A DNA stretch of 64,000 nt from positions 960,001-1,024,000 of the forward strand of contig CAWGYD010000006.1 of NCBI GenBank assembly GCA_963826785.1. Reading direction: 5' to 3'. The notes beneath the pieces are model-generated. The model had not been told where the DNA came from. It worked only from the letters and a program-made list of their open reading frames with translations, and made no database searches. Shown here piece by piece: positions 19,893 through 29,109 of this stretch (positions are counted from its first letter, which is position 1; the number at the start of each line of letters is the position of its first letter). A program made the translations under genes and the position numbers. This DNA comes from an uncultured delta proteobacterium (lineage in GTDB: Bacteria; Desulfobacterota; Desulfobacteria; Desulfobacterales; Desulfosalsimonadaceae).

Positions 19893-20454
19893 ATACGTAT
19901 TTTACCGTATACCAGTCGGTTTCGAAATCCCACAAAGAGACGAAGAAAAACACGTAATTCAAAAAAAAGGGGAGGGTGACCCTGTCCAGTTCCGCTTTGG
20001 CCTTGAGGGTGTACTGCCGGCCCTTTTTGAGTTTTTTCAACGGGATCACCTTCAGTCCGCTGATCTCGGACATGAGCCGCTTGGCCTCGTCAAAGGAGTC
20101 CGTGGTCAGGGTTTTATTCCCGTCCCAGGACCGCTTGACGGCATAATTGTTCTTCAGGTTGTTGTATTTGATGGTATGGGTGACCTTGATTTTTTCGATA
20201 TTTTTTGACGGTCTTAAAAAACGGGGCTTCTGCAGCACGATGAAATAGGAAAAGGTGGTGGGGATGCCGTTTAAAATGGCTTCTTCCATTTTTTCCTTAA
20301 ATGCCCCCTCGACTTTCAGGTCGATCAGCAGGTTGCTGTCATCATTGGTTGCCACCAGGTCGACGATTTGGACTTTGGCAAATACCGGCGATGGCCAGAA
20401 CAGCAGAGCGCATAAGAGAAGCGAAATTAACTTAGATGCCTTCTTGATCTTCAT
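19885..20454 (-). CDS. DUF4390 family exported protein
   Basis: Signal peptide, EAILNGIP, WDFETDW; sits immediately upstream of ntrY as is usual for this family. Confidence 0.7.
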   Translation of the reverse strand: MKIKKASKLISLLLCALLFWPSPVFAKVQIVDLVATNDDSNLLIDLKVEGAFKEKMEEAILNGIPTTFSYFIVLQKPRFLRPSKNIEKIKVTHTIKYNNLKNNYAVKRSWDGNKTLTTDSFDEAKRLMSEISGLKVIPLKKLKKGRQYTLKAKAELDRVTLPFFLNYVFFFVSLWDFETDWYTVKYVYE

Positions 20455-21382
20455 TCAGATTTGCACTCCTCGGAACTGCGGGTGGGGGTGGGCAGGGCTC
20501 GGATGCGGGTCTGAATTCCGCTAAGGTCGTGGTCGTCCAGGATGATTTGTGCAGAAAAAAGGTCTTTAGAAATTCATGGTTGAACTGGTGCCCGGATTTA
20601 CATAAAACGAAGTGCCCCAGGACCGGCATGCCCAGAAGCGAAAAATCACCGATGCAGTCCAGGATTTTGTGCCGGACGAATTCATCGGCATACCGGAGCC
20701 CCTCCTCGTTCATCACCCCGTTGACATCCAGGACCACGGCATTGTCGAGCGAACCGCCCTTGGCCAGACCGTAAAGTTTCATGTACTCCACCTCGTGCAG
20801 GAAACCAAAGGTCCTGGCCCGGCTGATCTGGCTTTCAAAGACCGCTTCGGTCAGATCGATGCTCAGGGTCTGAGTGGCGATCACCGGATGATCAAAGGCA
20901 ATGGTGCAGGTGATCCGGCACCGGTCGCAGGGATACAGCCCCACTGATTTGCCCTCTTTTTCAAGCAGAATGGGGGTGTTGACCGCGAAATACATCCTGG
21001 GGGCAGCCTGATCCACGGTTCCGGCCTTGCGGATGGATTCGGTAAACTGTCCGGCGCTGCCGTCCATGATGGGAATCTCATAATTGTCGAGTTCCACCAC
21101 GGCATTGTCCACGGACATGCCCGAAAGGCTTGCCATCAGGTGCTCGATGGTGGAGACGATGCATCCGTCTTCCCCGATGACGGTGGCCAGGCTGGTATCC
21201 ACCACCCGGTTGAAATGGGCCCGGATGGTCGGCTGGGCCGGAAGGTCCATCCGTCTGAAGACGACCCCCGTGTTGGGCCGGGCCGGTTTTACGGTCATGT
21301 TGACATTTTTGCCCGAATGGACCCCCACGCCGTTGAAGCGGGCCGGTTCCTTCAGGGTGCGCTGATTCTTCTGCATTACCAT
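20432..21382 (-). CDS. lpxC: UDP-3-O-acyl-N-acetylglucosamine deacetylase
   Basis: QRTL, GVGVHSG, TIEHLMA, PIMDGSA, ARTFGF, RHKILD..GD, SGH. Confidence 0.95.
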   Translation of the reverse strand: MVMQKNQRTLKEPARFNGVGVHSGKNVNMTVKPARPNTGVVFRRMDLPAQPTIRAHFNRVVDTSLATVIGEDGCIVSTIEHLMASLSGMSVDNAVVELDNYEIPIMDGSAGQFTESIRKAGTVDQAAPRMYFAVNTPILLEKEGKSVGLYPCDRCRITCTIAFDHPVIATQTLSIDLTEAVFESQISRARTFGFLHEVEYMKLYGLAKGGSLDNAVVLDVNGVMNEEGLRYADEFVRHKILDCIGDFSLLGMPVLGHFVLCKSGHQFNHEFLKTFFLHKSSWTTTTLAEFRPASEPCPPPPAVPRSANLNEDQEGI

Positions 21383-21783
21383 TCCAAAGCCGCATGCAAG
21401 AGATGATCTGCATGGTCTCTATCTCTTTTCATTTATGATTTTCCAGCCGGCCCATCATGGAATTGAACCGCTTAGCCCCCGATCGCCTGCCGCCTCGGTA
21501 CCATTTCGAATCTAAAATGAAAAGCGTATTTATAAAACGAACTCGATTTATTGATATACCGGAATATATCGGAAATTGCAATCAGTGACCGGCCTTTATA
21601 ACCTGTTTGCCATCACATGAGCTGCCATCGCGCCTTTTGCCTGCTCTGAACTTTGATTTAGAGATTGTTCTTGGCCGAGGGCTTTGATATAGTTTTATAT
21701 TTTATTAAAGCAGATTGTGTATACGCGTGATCTGATCGAAATGGTTAAAATGGCTATTTTCCTGAAACGTTTACGGGTGGGGC

Positions 21784-23340
21784 ATGCTGGCAAAAGTATT
21801 GAGCAGCACGGTAATTGGCATTGATGCATATCTGGTGGAAGTGGAAATAGACATTTCCCGCGGTCTGCCGGCATTTACCACTGTGGGGCTTCCCGAAACC
21901 TCGGTTCGCGAAAGCAAGGAGCGGGTCAAGGCGGCCGTCAGCAACTGCGGATATACGTTCCCGGATGATCGGATTACCGTTAATCTGGCGCCCGCCCATA
22001 TTCGAAAGGTGGGCACCGGGTTTGATCTTCCCATTGCCATGGGAATTCTTTCCGCCACCGGGATCGTCGATCAGGAGAAAATCAGTCGATATCTGGTGCT
22101 CGGGGAACTGGCCCTGGACGGGCGGATCAAGCCGGTAAACGGATCGCTCCCCATGGCCCTGGCGGCCCGGGAGGCGGGGTTTGCATCCATTATCGTCCCT
22201 TACGACAACCGGCGCGAGGCCGCGGTGGTTGACGGCGTTTCCGTGTATCCGGCCAGTACCCTTTCCCAGGCGGTCGCCTTTATCCGCGGCGAAGCGTCTA
22301 TTCTGCCGGAGCCGTTTGATAAGATGAACGTCCTGGAGGCAAACGGGAATTCCGGCCCCGACTTTTCGGAGGTGGCCGGGCAGGCGCACGTGAAGCGGGC
22401 GCTGGAGATTGCCGCTGCCGGGGGGCATAACCTGCTCATGATCGGCCCGCCCGGTTCGGGGAAGACCATGATGGCCAAGCGATTTTCCAGCATCATCCCC
22501 CGGCTGTCTTTTGAAGAGGCCATCGAGACCACCAAGATCTTCAGTGTGGCCGGACTGCTGCAAAGGGACCAGGGCTTGATTACCCGTCGGCCGTTCCGGT
22601 CGCCCCATCACACCATTTCCGATGCGGGCATGATCGGCGGCGGCAACATCCCCCGGCCCGGAGAGATCAGCCTGGCGCATAACGGGGTGCTGTTTTTAGA
22701 CGAACTGCCCGAGTTCAAGAAACCGGTGCTCGAGGCGCTTCGGCAGCCGCTGGAGGATCACAAGGTGACGGTTTCCCGGGCCGCCACTTCCATCACTTAC
22801 CCTGCCGCGTTCATGCTGGTAGCCGCCATGAACCCCTGCCCGTGCGGGTATCTGACTGACATCAAACATAACTGCCGGTGCCCGGGCAGCCAGATCGATC
22901 GGTACCGGAACAAAATATCGGGCCCGCTGCTGGACCGCATCGACATTCACGTCGAAGTCCCCGCCGTTGCTTACCAGGACCTGATGCGGCCCGCTGCAGG
23001 CGAATGTTCCGCCGATATTCGAAAACGCGTCATCACCGCCCGGGACATTCAGTCCAGGCGGTTTTCCCGGGAGCGGTTTTGTACAAATGCCCGCATGGGC
23101 AGCCGCCATATCAGGACATATTGTTCCATCGATGCGCCGGCCGCCGGGCTGCTCGAGTCGGCGGTGGACCGGCTGGGACTGTCCGCGAGGGCGTGGTCCC
23201 GCATATTGAAAATCGCCCGCACCATCGCGGATATGGCGGGGGAGGGGAAAATCGATTCCGCCCATATCGCAGAAGCCGTTCAACTCCGAAGCCTGGACCG
23301 GCCCACGCCTCCCGGGGGCCATTTTCAGAATCTGAATTGA
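21784..23340 (+). CDS. comM: YifB/ComM Mg-chelatase-like AAA ATPase
   Basis: RITVNLAPA, GPPGSGKTM, PFRSPHHT, GEISLAHNGVLFLDE, AMNPCPCG, SGPLLDRID. Confidence 0.9.
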   Translation: MLAKVLSSTVIGIDAYLVEVEIDISRGLPAFTTVGLPETSVRESKERVKAAVSNCGYTFPDDRITVNLAPAHIRKVGTGFDLPIAMGILSATGIVDQEKISRYLVLGELALDGRIKPVNGSLPMALAAREAGFASIIVPYDNRREAAVVDGVSVYPASTLSQAVAFIRGEASILPEPFDKMNVLEANGNSGPDFSEVAGQAHVKRALEIAAAGGHNLLMIGPPGSGKTMMAKRFSSIIPRLSFEEAIETTKIFSVAGLLQRDQGLITRRPFRSPHHTISDAGMIGGGNIPRPGEISLAHNGVLFLDELPEFKKPVLEALRQPLEDHKVTVSRAATSITYPAAFMLVAAMNPCPCGYLTDIKHNCRCPGSQIDRYRNKISGPLLDRIDIHVEVPAVAYQDLMRPAAGECSADIRKRVITARDIQSRRFSRERFCTNARMGSRHIRTYCSIDAPAAGLLESAVDRLGLSARAWSRILKIARTIADMAGEGKIDSAHIAEAVQLRSLDRPTPPGGHFQNLN

Positions 23341-23361
23341 CATCTCTCCGAGGATCATTCC

Positions 23362-24550
23362 ATGAACCACGATGTATGGGCCGAGGTTAATCTGGCGGCC
23401 ATCGCCCGGAATCTATGCCGACTCAAGACCGTTCTCGCTTCGGGCATCAGCGTTATGGCGGTGGTCAAAGCCAATGCCTATGGGCACGGCATGATCGAGG
23501 TGGCAAGAACCGCTCTTGAAAACGGCGCGGATGCACTGGGCGTGGCCCGTATTTCGGAAGCCGTCCAGCTCCGGAAATGCGGCATTTCAGCGCCGGTTCT
23601 CATCTTCGGAGATACACCGCCGGACCGGGCCGTTCAACTGGCCGATCTCGATCTGACCCAGACCCTTTGGCGGTTTGACCAGGCGGAGCGCCTGTCCTCG
23701 GCCGCCCGCTCGCAAAACCGCAAGATCAAGGTCCACTTGAAAGTGGACACCGGTATGGGCCGCCTGGGTATCCTGCCGGGGGATCTGACCTGTTGTGAAG
23801 CATCTGAATTTCAAATTTCGAGTCAATCGGTTGAAGAGGTTTTGCGCATCAGCCGCCTTGCCGGGGTCGATCTGGAAGGGATCTATACCCACTTTGCCGC
23901 AGCCGACGCGCCGGATAAATCCCTTTGCCGGCGGCAGCTTCATTTTTTTACGGCATTTATTGAGCGGCTGAAGACCAGGGGGCTCGAATTTGCGATCCGG
24001 CATGCCGCCAACAGCGCAGCCATTCTGGATTTTCCGGAAACCCACCTGGATATGGTTCGGACCGGAATCGCCCTTTACGGGTATTATCCATCTGTATTCG
24101 TCTACCCGCGACCGTGTTGATTTGACCCCGGCCATGGCCCTTAAAGCACGGATCATCCATATAAAGGATGTCGGCAGCGGTTTCTGCGTCAGTTACGGCG
24201 GACAGGCCCGGACGTGTCGATCCACCCGGATTGCCACGGTTTCGGTGGGGTATGGAGACGGGTACCGGCGCGGACTTTCATCGAAGGGGAACATGCTGGT
24301 CAATGGGCAGCATGCCCCGGTTGTGGGCCGGGTATGTATGGATCAAACCATGATCGACATCGGTGAAATTGACGCACGTCCGGGTGACCCGGTGGTGGTG
24401 TTCGGCTCCCAGGGTGGCAGCACGGTCAGCGTTGAAGACATTGCCGAAAAACTCGAAACCATCAGCTATGAGATCGTCTCCGGGATTTCGGACCGGGTCC
24501 CCCGGGTGTATACAGGGATATCGGATACGGGATTCAGTGCCCAAAAGTGA
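23362..24550 (+). CDS. alr: Alanine racemase, interrupted by one +1 frameshift near 24105 (probably a sequencing error)
   Basis: AVVKANAYGHG, HLKVDTGMGRLG, HAANS in frame 1; SYG, GYGDGY, GRVCMD in the next frame; removing one C of CCC at 24105-24107 fuses them. Confidence 0.88.
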
Positions 24551-24657
24551 AGAGGGGCCAAGCGGGTGGCGGGTATTTGACAATTTCCAGGTTGAGTCAT
24601 ATTACATTCAGCTTCCATGGGCGAAATGGCGCCGAATTTCGGGACTTGAAAGAATCA

Positions 24658-24705
24658 GTACAAAATATGGTAGCTTGGGATTCTGGCAAGCGCTACATAT
24701 GGTAT
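24658..24705. promoter_or_regulatory. Tandem NrdR-box-like operator pair upstream of aprB
   Basis: GTACAAAATATGGTAG (24658-24673) and GCGCTACATATGGTAT (24690-24705), 32 bp apart, resembling acaCwAtATaTwGtgt. Confidence 0.5.
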
Positions 24706-24761
24706 GACTTGATCGGGTAACTATCCGGATCTTTTGCATAATGGAGCGTTTCCAAAATTTC

Positions 24762-24790
24762 TTGACAAGGCATCGGGGGGGTGCTAAATA
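24762..24790 (+). promoter_or_regulatory. Putative sigma-70 promoter of aprBA
   Basis: TTGACA (24762-24767), 17-nt spacer, TG-C-TAAATA; a second TTGACA at 24577. Confidence 0.45.
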
Positions 24791-25035
24791 AATTATTTTG
24801 TTTTATGTGAATGTGTATCCTTTTGATTTTTTTATATTTTCAAACTTGGATAAAAATGGGCGACCATTTGGATGATAGAAAATGGAGTAAACAAGGATTT
24901 TGATCCAATTTATTACAGTTTGTCATCAGTGAGAAAGGAGGTGCCCTGACAGACATTCACATTGTCAACACGCAATCCGAGAAAAAGTGAAATTTTGCAT
25001 TCACTTTAAATTAACCGAAAAACGAGGAGGTAGAA

Positions 25036-25473
25036 ATGCCAAGTTTTGTAATTACCGAGAAGTGCGACGGATGCAAGGGCGGCGACAAGACCGCATGCAT
25101 GTATATTTGTCCCAACGACCTGATGGTCCTGGACACCAACGCGATGAAGGCGTACAACCAGGAGCCGGATCAGTGCTGGGAATGCTTTTCCTGCGTCAAG
25201 ATCTGCCCCACCCAGGCCATTGAAGTCCGTGGTTATGCGGATTTCGTGCCCCTGGGAAGCAGCATCATGCCGATGATGGGCACCGAGGACGTGATGTGGA
25301 CCTGCAAGTTCCGCAACGGCAACATCAAACGGTTCAAGTTCCCCATCCGGACCACCCCCGAGGGTACTGCCAACGCATACAAAGACCTGAAAGGGAAAGA
25401 CCTGGACAGCGGACTGCTTTCGACGGAAGAAGCGGACGGATATGCAATTCCGAAACCCCAAGCCACCGTTTAA
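25036..25473 (+). CDS. aprB: Adenylylsulfate reductase beta subunit
   Basis: MPSFV..KCDGCKG..TACMYICPNDLM, CWECFSCVKICP, KRFKFPIRTTPEG; RBS AGGAGG. Confidence 0.97.
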   Translation: MPSFVITEKCDGCKGGDKTACMYICPNDLMVLDTNAMKAYNQEPDQCWECFSCVKICPTQAIEVRGYADFVPLGSSIMPMMGTEDVMWTCKFRNGNIKRFKFPIRTTPEGTANAYKDLKGKDLDSGLLSTEEADGYAIPKPQATV

Positions 25474-25533
25474 TGACGGTTTGCATTCAAAATCTCGAAT
25501 TTGAACCTATACATGTTTTAAGGAGGATGTAAT

Positions 25534-27510
25534 ATGGCATTACCAAATAAACCCAAGGGTGAACTCAAGGCCGTAAGGGATCCGCAGGTTGAAGAGCGCG
25601 AAGTCGATATCCTGATCGTTGGCGGCGGTATGGCGGCCTGCGGTACGGCGTTTGAAGTAAAGAAGTGGGCCCCGGAAGGCACCAAGATTCTTCTTTGCGA
25701 CAAAGCCGCCATGGAAAGATCCGGCGCGGTTGCTCAGGGTCTGTCGGCTATCAATACCTACATCGGCCAGAACACCGCGGATGATTACGTCCGCATGGTC
25801 AGAAATGACCTGATGGGCATCGTCCGCGAAGACCTGATCTTCGACCTGGGCTGCCACGTGGACGATTCGGTTCATTTGTTCGAGGAATGGGGTCTGCCGA
25901 TCTGGAAGAAGTCCGAAGAAGGCAAGAACCTCGACGGTAAAAAAGGCCAGAAGATGGGAACGCTGAAAGCCGGCGCCCAGCCTGTCCGTACCGGTAAATG
26001 GCAGATCATGATCAACGGCGAATCTTACAAGAGAGTCGTTGCCGAAGCGGCCAAACTGGCGCTGGGCGAAGACAACATCCTGGAAAGATGCTTCATCGTT
26101 GAACTGCTCAAAGATGCCAACAACGCCAACCAGATCGCCGGCGCTGTCGGTTTCTCCGTTCGTGAAAACAAGGTCTTCATCATCAAAGCCAAGGCCATCA
26201 TGGTCGCCTGCGGCGGCGCGGTCAATATCTACCAGCCGCGTTCAGTCGGTGAAGGAAAAGGCCGTGCATGGTACCCGGTATGGAACTCCGGCTCCACCTA
26301 CACCATGGCCCTGCGGGCGGGTGCGGAACTTTCCATGATGGAAAACCGCTTCACCCCGGCGCGCTTCAAAGACGGCTACGGCCCGGTCGGCGCGTGGTTC
26401 CTGCTGTTCAAAGCCAAGGCCCTCAATGGTCTGGGCGAAAATTACGTCGCCAGCCCGGCTGCCAAGGCCGAACTGGAAAAATATGCACCTTACGGAACGG
26501 CCGCCATCACTCCGACCTGTCTGCGGAACCATCTCATGCTGTTCGAGATGAAAGAAGGCCGCGGACCGATCCAGATGGATACGGTTACCGCCCTGGCGGA
26601 AATCGGCAAGACCATGGACAAGAAAGAACTCAAGCATCTCGAATCTGAAGCATGGGAAGACTTCCTTGACATGACCTGCGGCCAGGCCAACCTGTGGTGC
26701 GCCACCAACACCGAGCCGGAAAAGAAGAATTCCGAAATTATGCCCACCGAGCCGTACCTGCTGGGGTCCCATTCCGGCTGCTGCGGTATCTGGGTTTCCG
26801 GCCCGGACTATGACTGGGTTCCCGATGCCTACAAGATCAAGTTCAATGGCAAGGTCTACAACCGGATGACCACGGTCCCCGGTCTGTTCACCTCCGGTGA
26901 CGGCGTGGCCTGCTCCGGTCATAAGTTCTCCTCCGGTTCCCATGCGGAAGGCCGGATCGCGGCGAAAGAAATGGTGAAGTTCATCCGTGACAACGCCTCC
27001 TTTGCCCCGGCCCTCAAGGAATCCACCCAGGAACTGGTGGACCTGGTCTACAAGCCGGTCAGAACTTACCTGGACAACGCCTCCTACACCACCGCCGACA
27101 ACATCAACCCCAACTACCTCAAACCGGAGGGGATGATGTACCGGATGATGAAGGCGACCCACGAGTACGGCGCCGGTACGGCCACTTATTACCAGACCAG
27201 CGACAAGATGCTCGAAGTGGTCATCGACCTGCTGGAAACCATGCGTGAAGATGCCGAGAAACTGGCGGCTGGCGACCTGCATGAGCTGATGAGAGCGTGG
27301 GAAATTCAGCACCGCCTTTACACGGTGGAAGCGCACCTGCGTCACATCCAGTACAGAAAAGAAACCCGCTACCCCGGTTTCTACTACAATGCAGATCACA
27401 TGAAACAAGATGATGCCAACTGGTTCTGCTTCACCAACTCGAGCTATGACAAGGCGAGCAACCAGTGGACCCTGAAGAAGGTGGATTACATCAAGATTAT
27501 TCCGGATTAA
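25534..27510 (+). CDS. aprA: Adenylylsulfate reductase alpha subunit
   Basis: GGGMAACG FAD site, RSGAVAQGLSAINTY, GKWQIMINGES, PTEPYLLGSHSGC, HKFSSGSHAEG, ETRYPG. Confidence 0.98.
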   Translation: MALPNKPKGELKAVRDPQVEEREVDILIVGGGMAACGTAFEVKKWAPEGTKILLCDKAAMERSGAVAQGLSAINTYIGQNTADDYVRMVRNDLMGIVREDLIFDLGCHVDDSVHLFEEWGLPIWKKSEEGKNLDGKKGQKMGTLKAGAQPVRTGKWQIMINGESYKRVVAEAAKLALGEDNILERCFIVELLKDANNANQIAGAVGFSVRENKVFIIKAKAIMVACGGAVNIYQPRSVGEGKGRAWYPVWNSGSTYTMALRAGAELSMMENRFTPARFKDGYGPVGAWFLLFKAKALNGLGENYVASPAAKAELEKYAPYGTAAITPTCLRNHLMLFEMKEGRGPIQMDTVTALAEIGKTMDKKELKHLESEAWEDFLDMTCGQANLWCATNTEPEKKNSEIMPTEPYLLGSHSGCCGIWVSGPDYDWVPDAYKIKFNGKVYNRMTTVPGLFTSGDGVACSGHKFSSGSHAEGRIAAKEMVKFIRDNASFAPALKESTQELVDLVYKPVRTYLDNASYTTADNINPNYLKPEGMMYRMMKATHEYGAGTATYYQTSDKMLEVVIDLLETMREDAEKLAAGDLHELMRAWEIQHRLYTVEAHLRHIQYRKETRYPGFYYNADHMKQDDANWFCFTNSSYDKASNQWTLKKVDYIKIIPD

Positions 27511-27546
27511 TCTGCTGACGACGGGTTTTAACGTCGTATGAACATT

Positions 27547-27582
27547 ACCTCCAGGTGCCTGAACGGCACCTGGAGGTTTTTA
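27547..27582 (+). terminator. Rho-independent terminator after aprA
   Basis: ACCTCCAGGTGCC-tgaac-GGCACCTGGAGGT perfect 13-bp stem followed by T run. Confidence 0.85.
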
Positions 27583-27601
27583 TTAACAAACCCCTCTAAA
27601 T

Positions 27602-27765
27602 CTTTGGGCGATATCCTCCGAGTGGCCTAAAACCAGAAGCTGGGTGCCGGAAATCGGGTGGTCGATGGACCGGTATCGAGCTTCGGGTTTCAGGCGGGAA
27701 GATCGGGTCGGCGTTTCTCTTTCTGCACAACCCACAACCAAATTATACGGAGATATCGCCTGAAG
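27602..27765 (+). ncRNA. Putative structured RNA / qmoA leader (unknown family)
   Basis: Outer stem 27602-27620 with 27748-27765; inner long hairpin 27625-27650 with 27670-27695; several G-U pairs on the + strand. Confidence 0.4.
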
Positions 27766-27822
27766 TGAGATCAAATATGTTGCATTCTGAGGAAATTAAA
27801 CAACAGAAATACGGAGGATAGC

Positions 27823-29100
27823 ATGACAGAAGAAAAAGCAGCCCCGTTTAGCGGTACCATCATGGTGGTCGGCGGTGGGATCAGTGGGTTGACCACGGCC
27901 CTCGAAGCCGCCGAAGTGGGGTACGAGGTATTCATCGTCGAAAAAAATCCGTACCTGGGCGGTCGTGTGGCGCAGTTAAACCAGTATTTCCCCAAACTGT
28001 GTCCGCCCACCTGCGGCCTGGAAATAAATTTTCGGCGGATCAAGGACAATCCCAACATCAAGGTGTTCACCCTGGCCGAGGTGGAAAAGGTTTCCGGAGA
28101 TCCCGGCAACTATCAGGTCAGCCTCAAGCTCAACCCGCGCTATGTCAATGAAAACTGCACCTGCTGCGGCGAGTGCGCCGATGCCTGCCAGGCGGAGCTT
28201 CCCAATGAATTCAACTTCGGAATGGGAAAGACCAAGGGCGCCTACCTGCCCCATCAGATGGCATTTCCGTCACGCTACGTCATCTCTCCTCACATCATCG
28301 GCACGGAGGATGCCAAGCGGTGCCAGGAAGCCTGCAAGTATGACGCGGTGGACCTGGAAATGAGTGCAAAAACATTCGATCTCAATGTGGGTGCCATTGT
28401 CTGGGCCACCGGATGGGAGCCCTATGATGCGGCCCGCATCGACAATCTGGGATACGGCCGGTATTCCAATATCATTACCAACATGATGATGGAGCGCATG
28501 GCCGCCCCCAGCGGTCCCACCGACGGAAAGATTCTGCGGCCGTCCGATGACGCCGCACCGGAAAGCGTGGCTTTTGTCCAGTGCGCAGGTTCGCGGGATG
28601 AAAACCATCTCCCCTACTGCTCTTATATCTGCTGCATGGCCTCCCTGAAACAGGCCCGATATGTAAGGGAGCGCTACCCCGAAGCCAAGATCTACATCTT
28701 CTACATCGACATGCGCGCCCCGGGATACCGCTATGAAAAATTTTATCAGGAGATGAAGGAAGATAAAAACATCTTCTTCATCAAGGGCAAAGTCGCCGAG
28801 GTTCAGCAGGCCGATGACAACCATCAAATCACCGTGGTTGCCGAAGACGCCGTCACCGGACAGAAGGTCCGCCAGACTGTGGACCTGGTGGTCCTGGCCA
28901 CCGGTATGCAGCCCACTGCCGCTAACGCCAAACTCCCCGCCGATCTGCAGTACACGGAAGACGGATTCATTATCAATGACTTTGAAAGAGGCGGCATGTT
29001 CGCGGCCGGTTGCGCCAATAAACCGGCGGATGTCATGACATCCAACCAGAACGCGACCGGTATGGCCCTAAAAGCGATTCAAACCCTGGTGAAACGGTAG
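27823..29100 (+). CDS. qmoA: Quinone-interacting membrane-bound oxidoreductase subunit A (HdrA-like)
   Basis: VVGGGISG, YFPKLCPPTCGLE, FVQCAGSRDENHLPYCSYICC; directly after aprA. Confidence 0.93.
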   Translation: MTEEKAAPFSGTIMVVGGGISGLTTALEAAEVGYEVFIVEKNPYLGGRVAQLNQYFPKLCPPTCGLEINFRRIKDNPNIKVFTLAEVEKVSGDPGNYQVSLKLNPRYVNENCTCCGECADACQAELPNEFNFGMGKTKGAYLPHQMAFPSRYVISPHIIGTEDAKRCQEACKYDAVDLEMSAKTFDLNVGAIVWATGWEPYDAARIDNLGYGRYSNIITNMMMERMAAPSGPTDGKILRPSDDAAPESVAFVQCAGSRDENHLPYCSYICCMASLKQARYVRERYPEAKIYIFYIDMRAPGYRYEKFYQEMKEDKNIFFIKGKVAEVQQADDNHQITVVAEDAVTGQKVRQTVDLVVLATGMQPTAANAKLPADLQYTEDGFIINDFERGGMFAAGCANKPADVMTSNQNATGMALKAIQTLVKR

Positions 29101-29109
29101 GAGGAAACC

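Noticed and set aside
24984..25007. AAAGTGAA-N8-TTCACTTT as a Rex operator for aprBA
   Set aside because: Rex consensus TTGTGAA-N4-TTCACAA has a 4-nt spacer; this has 8 and different ends, so it is more likely an RNA hairpin
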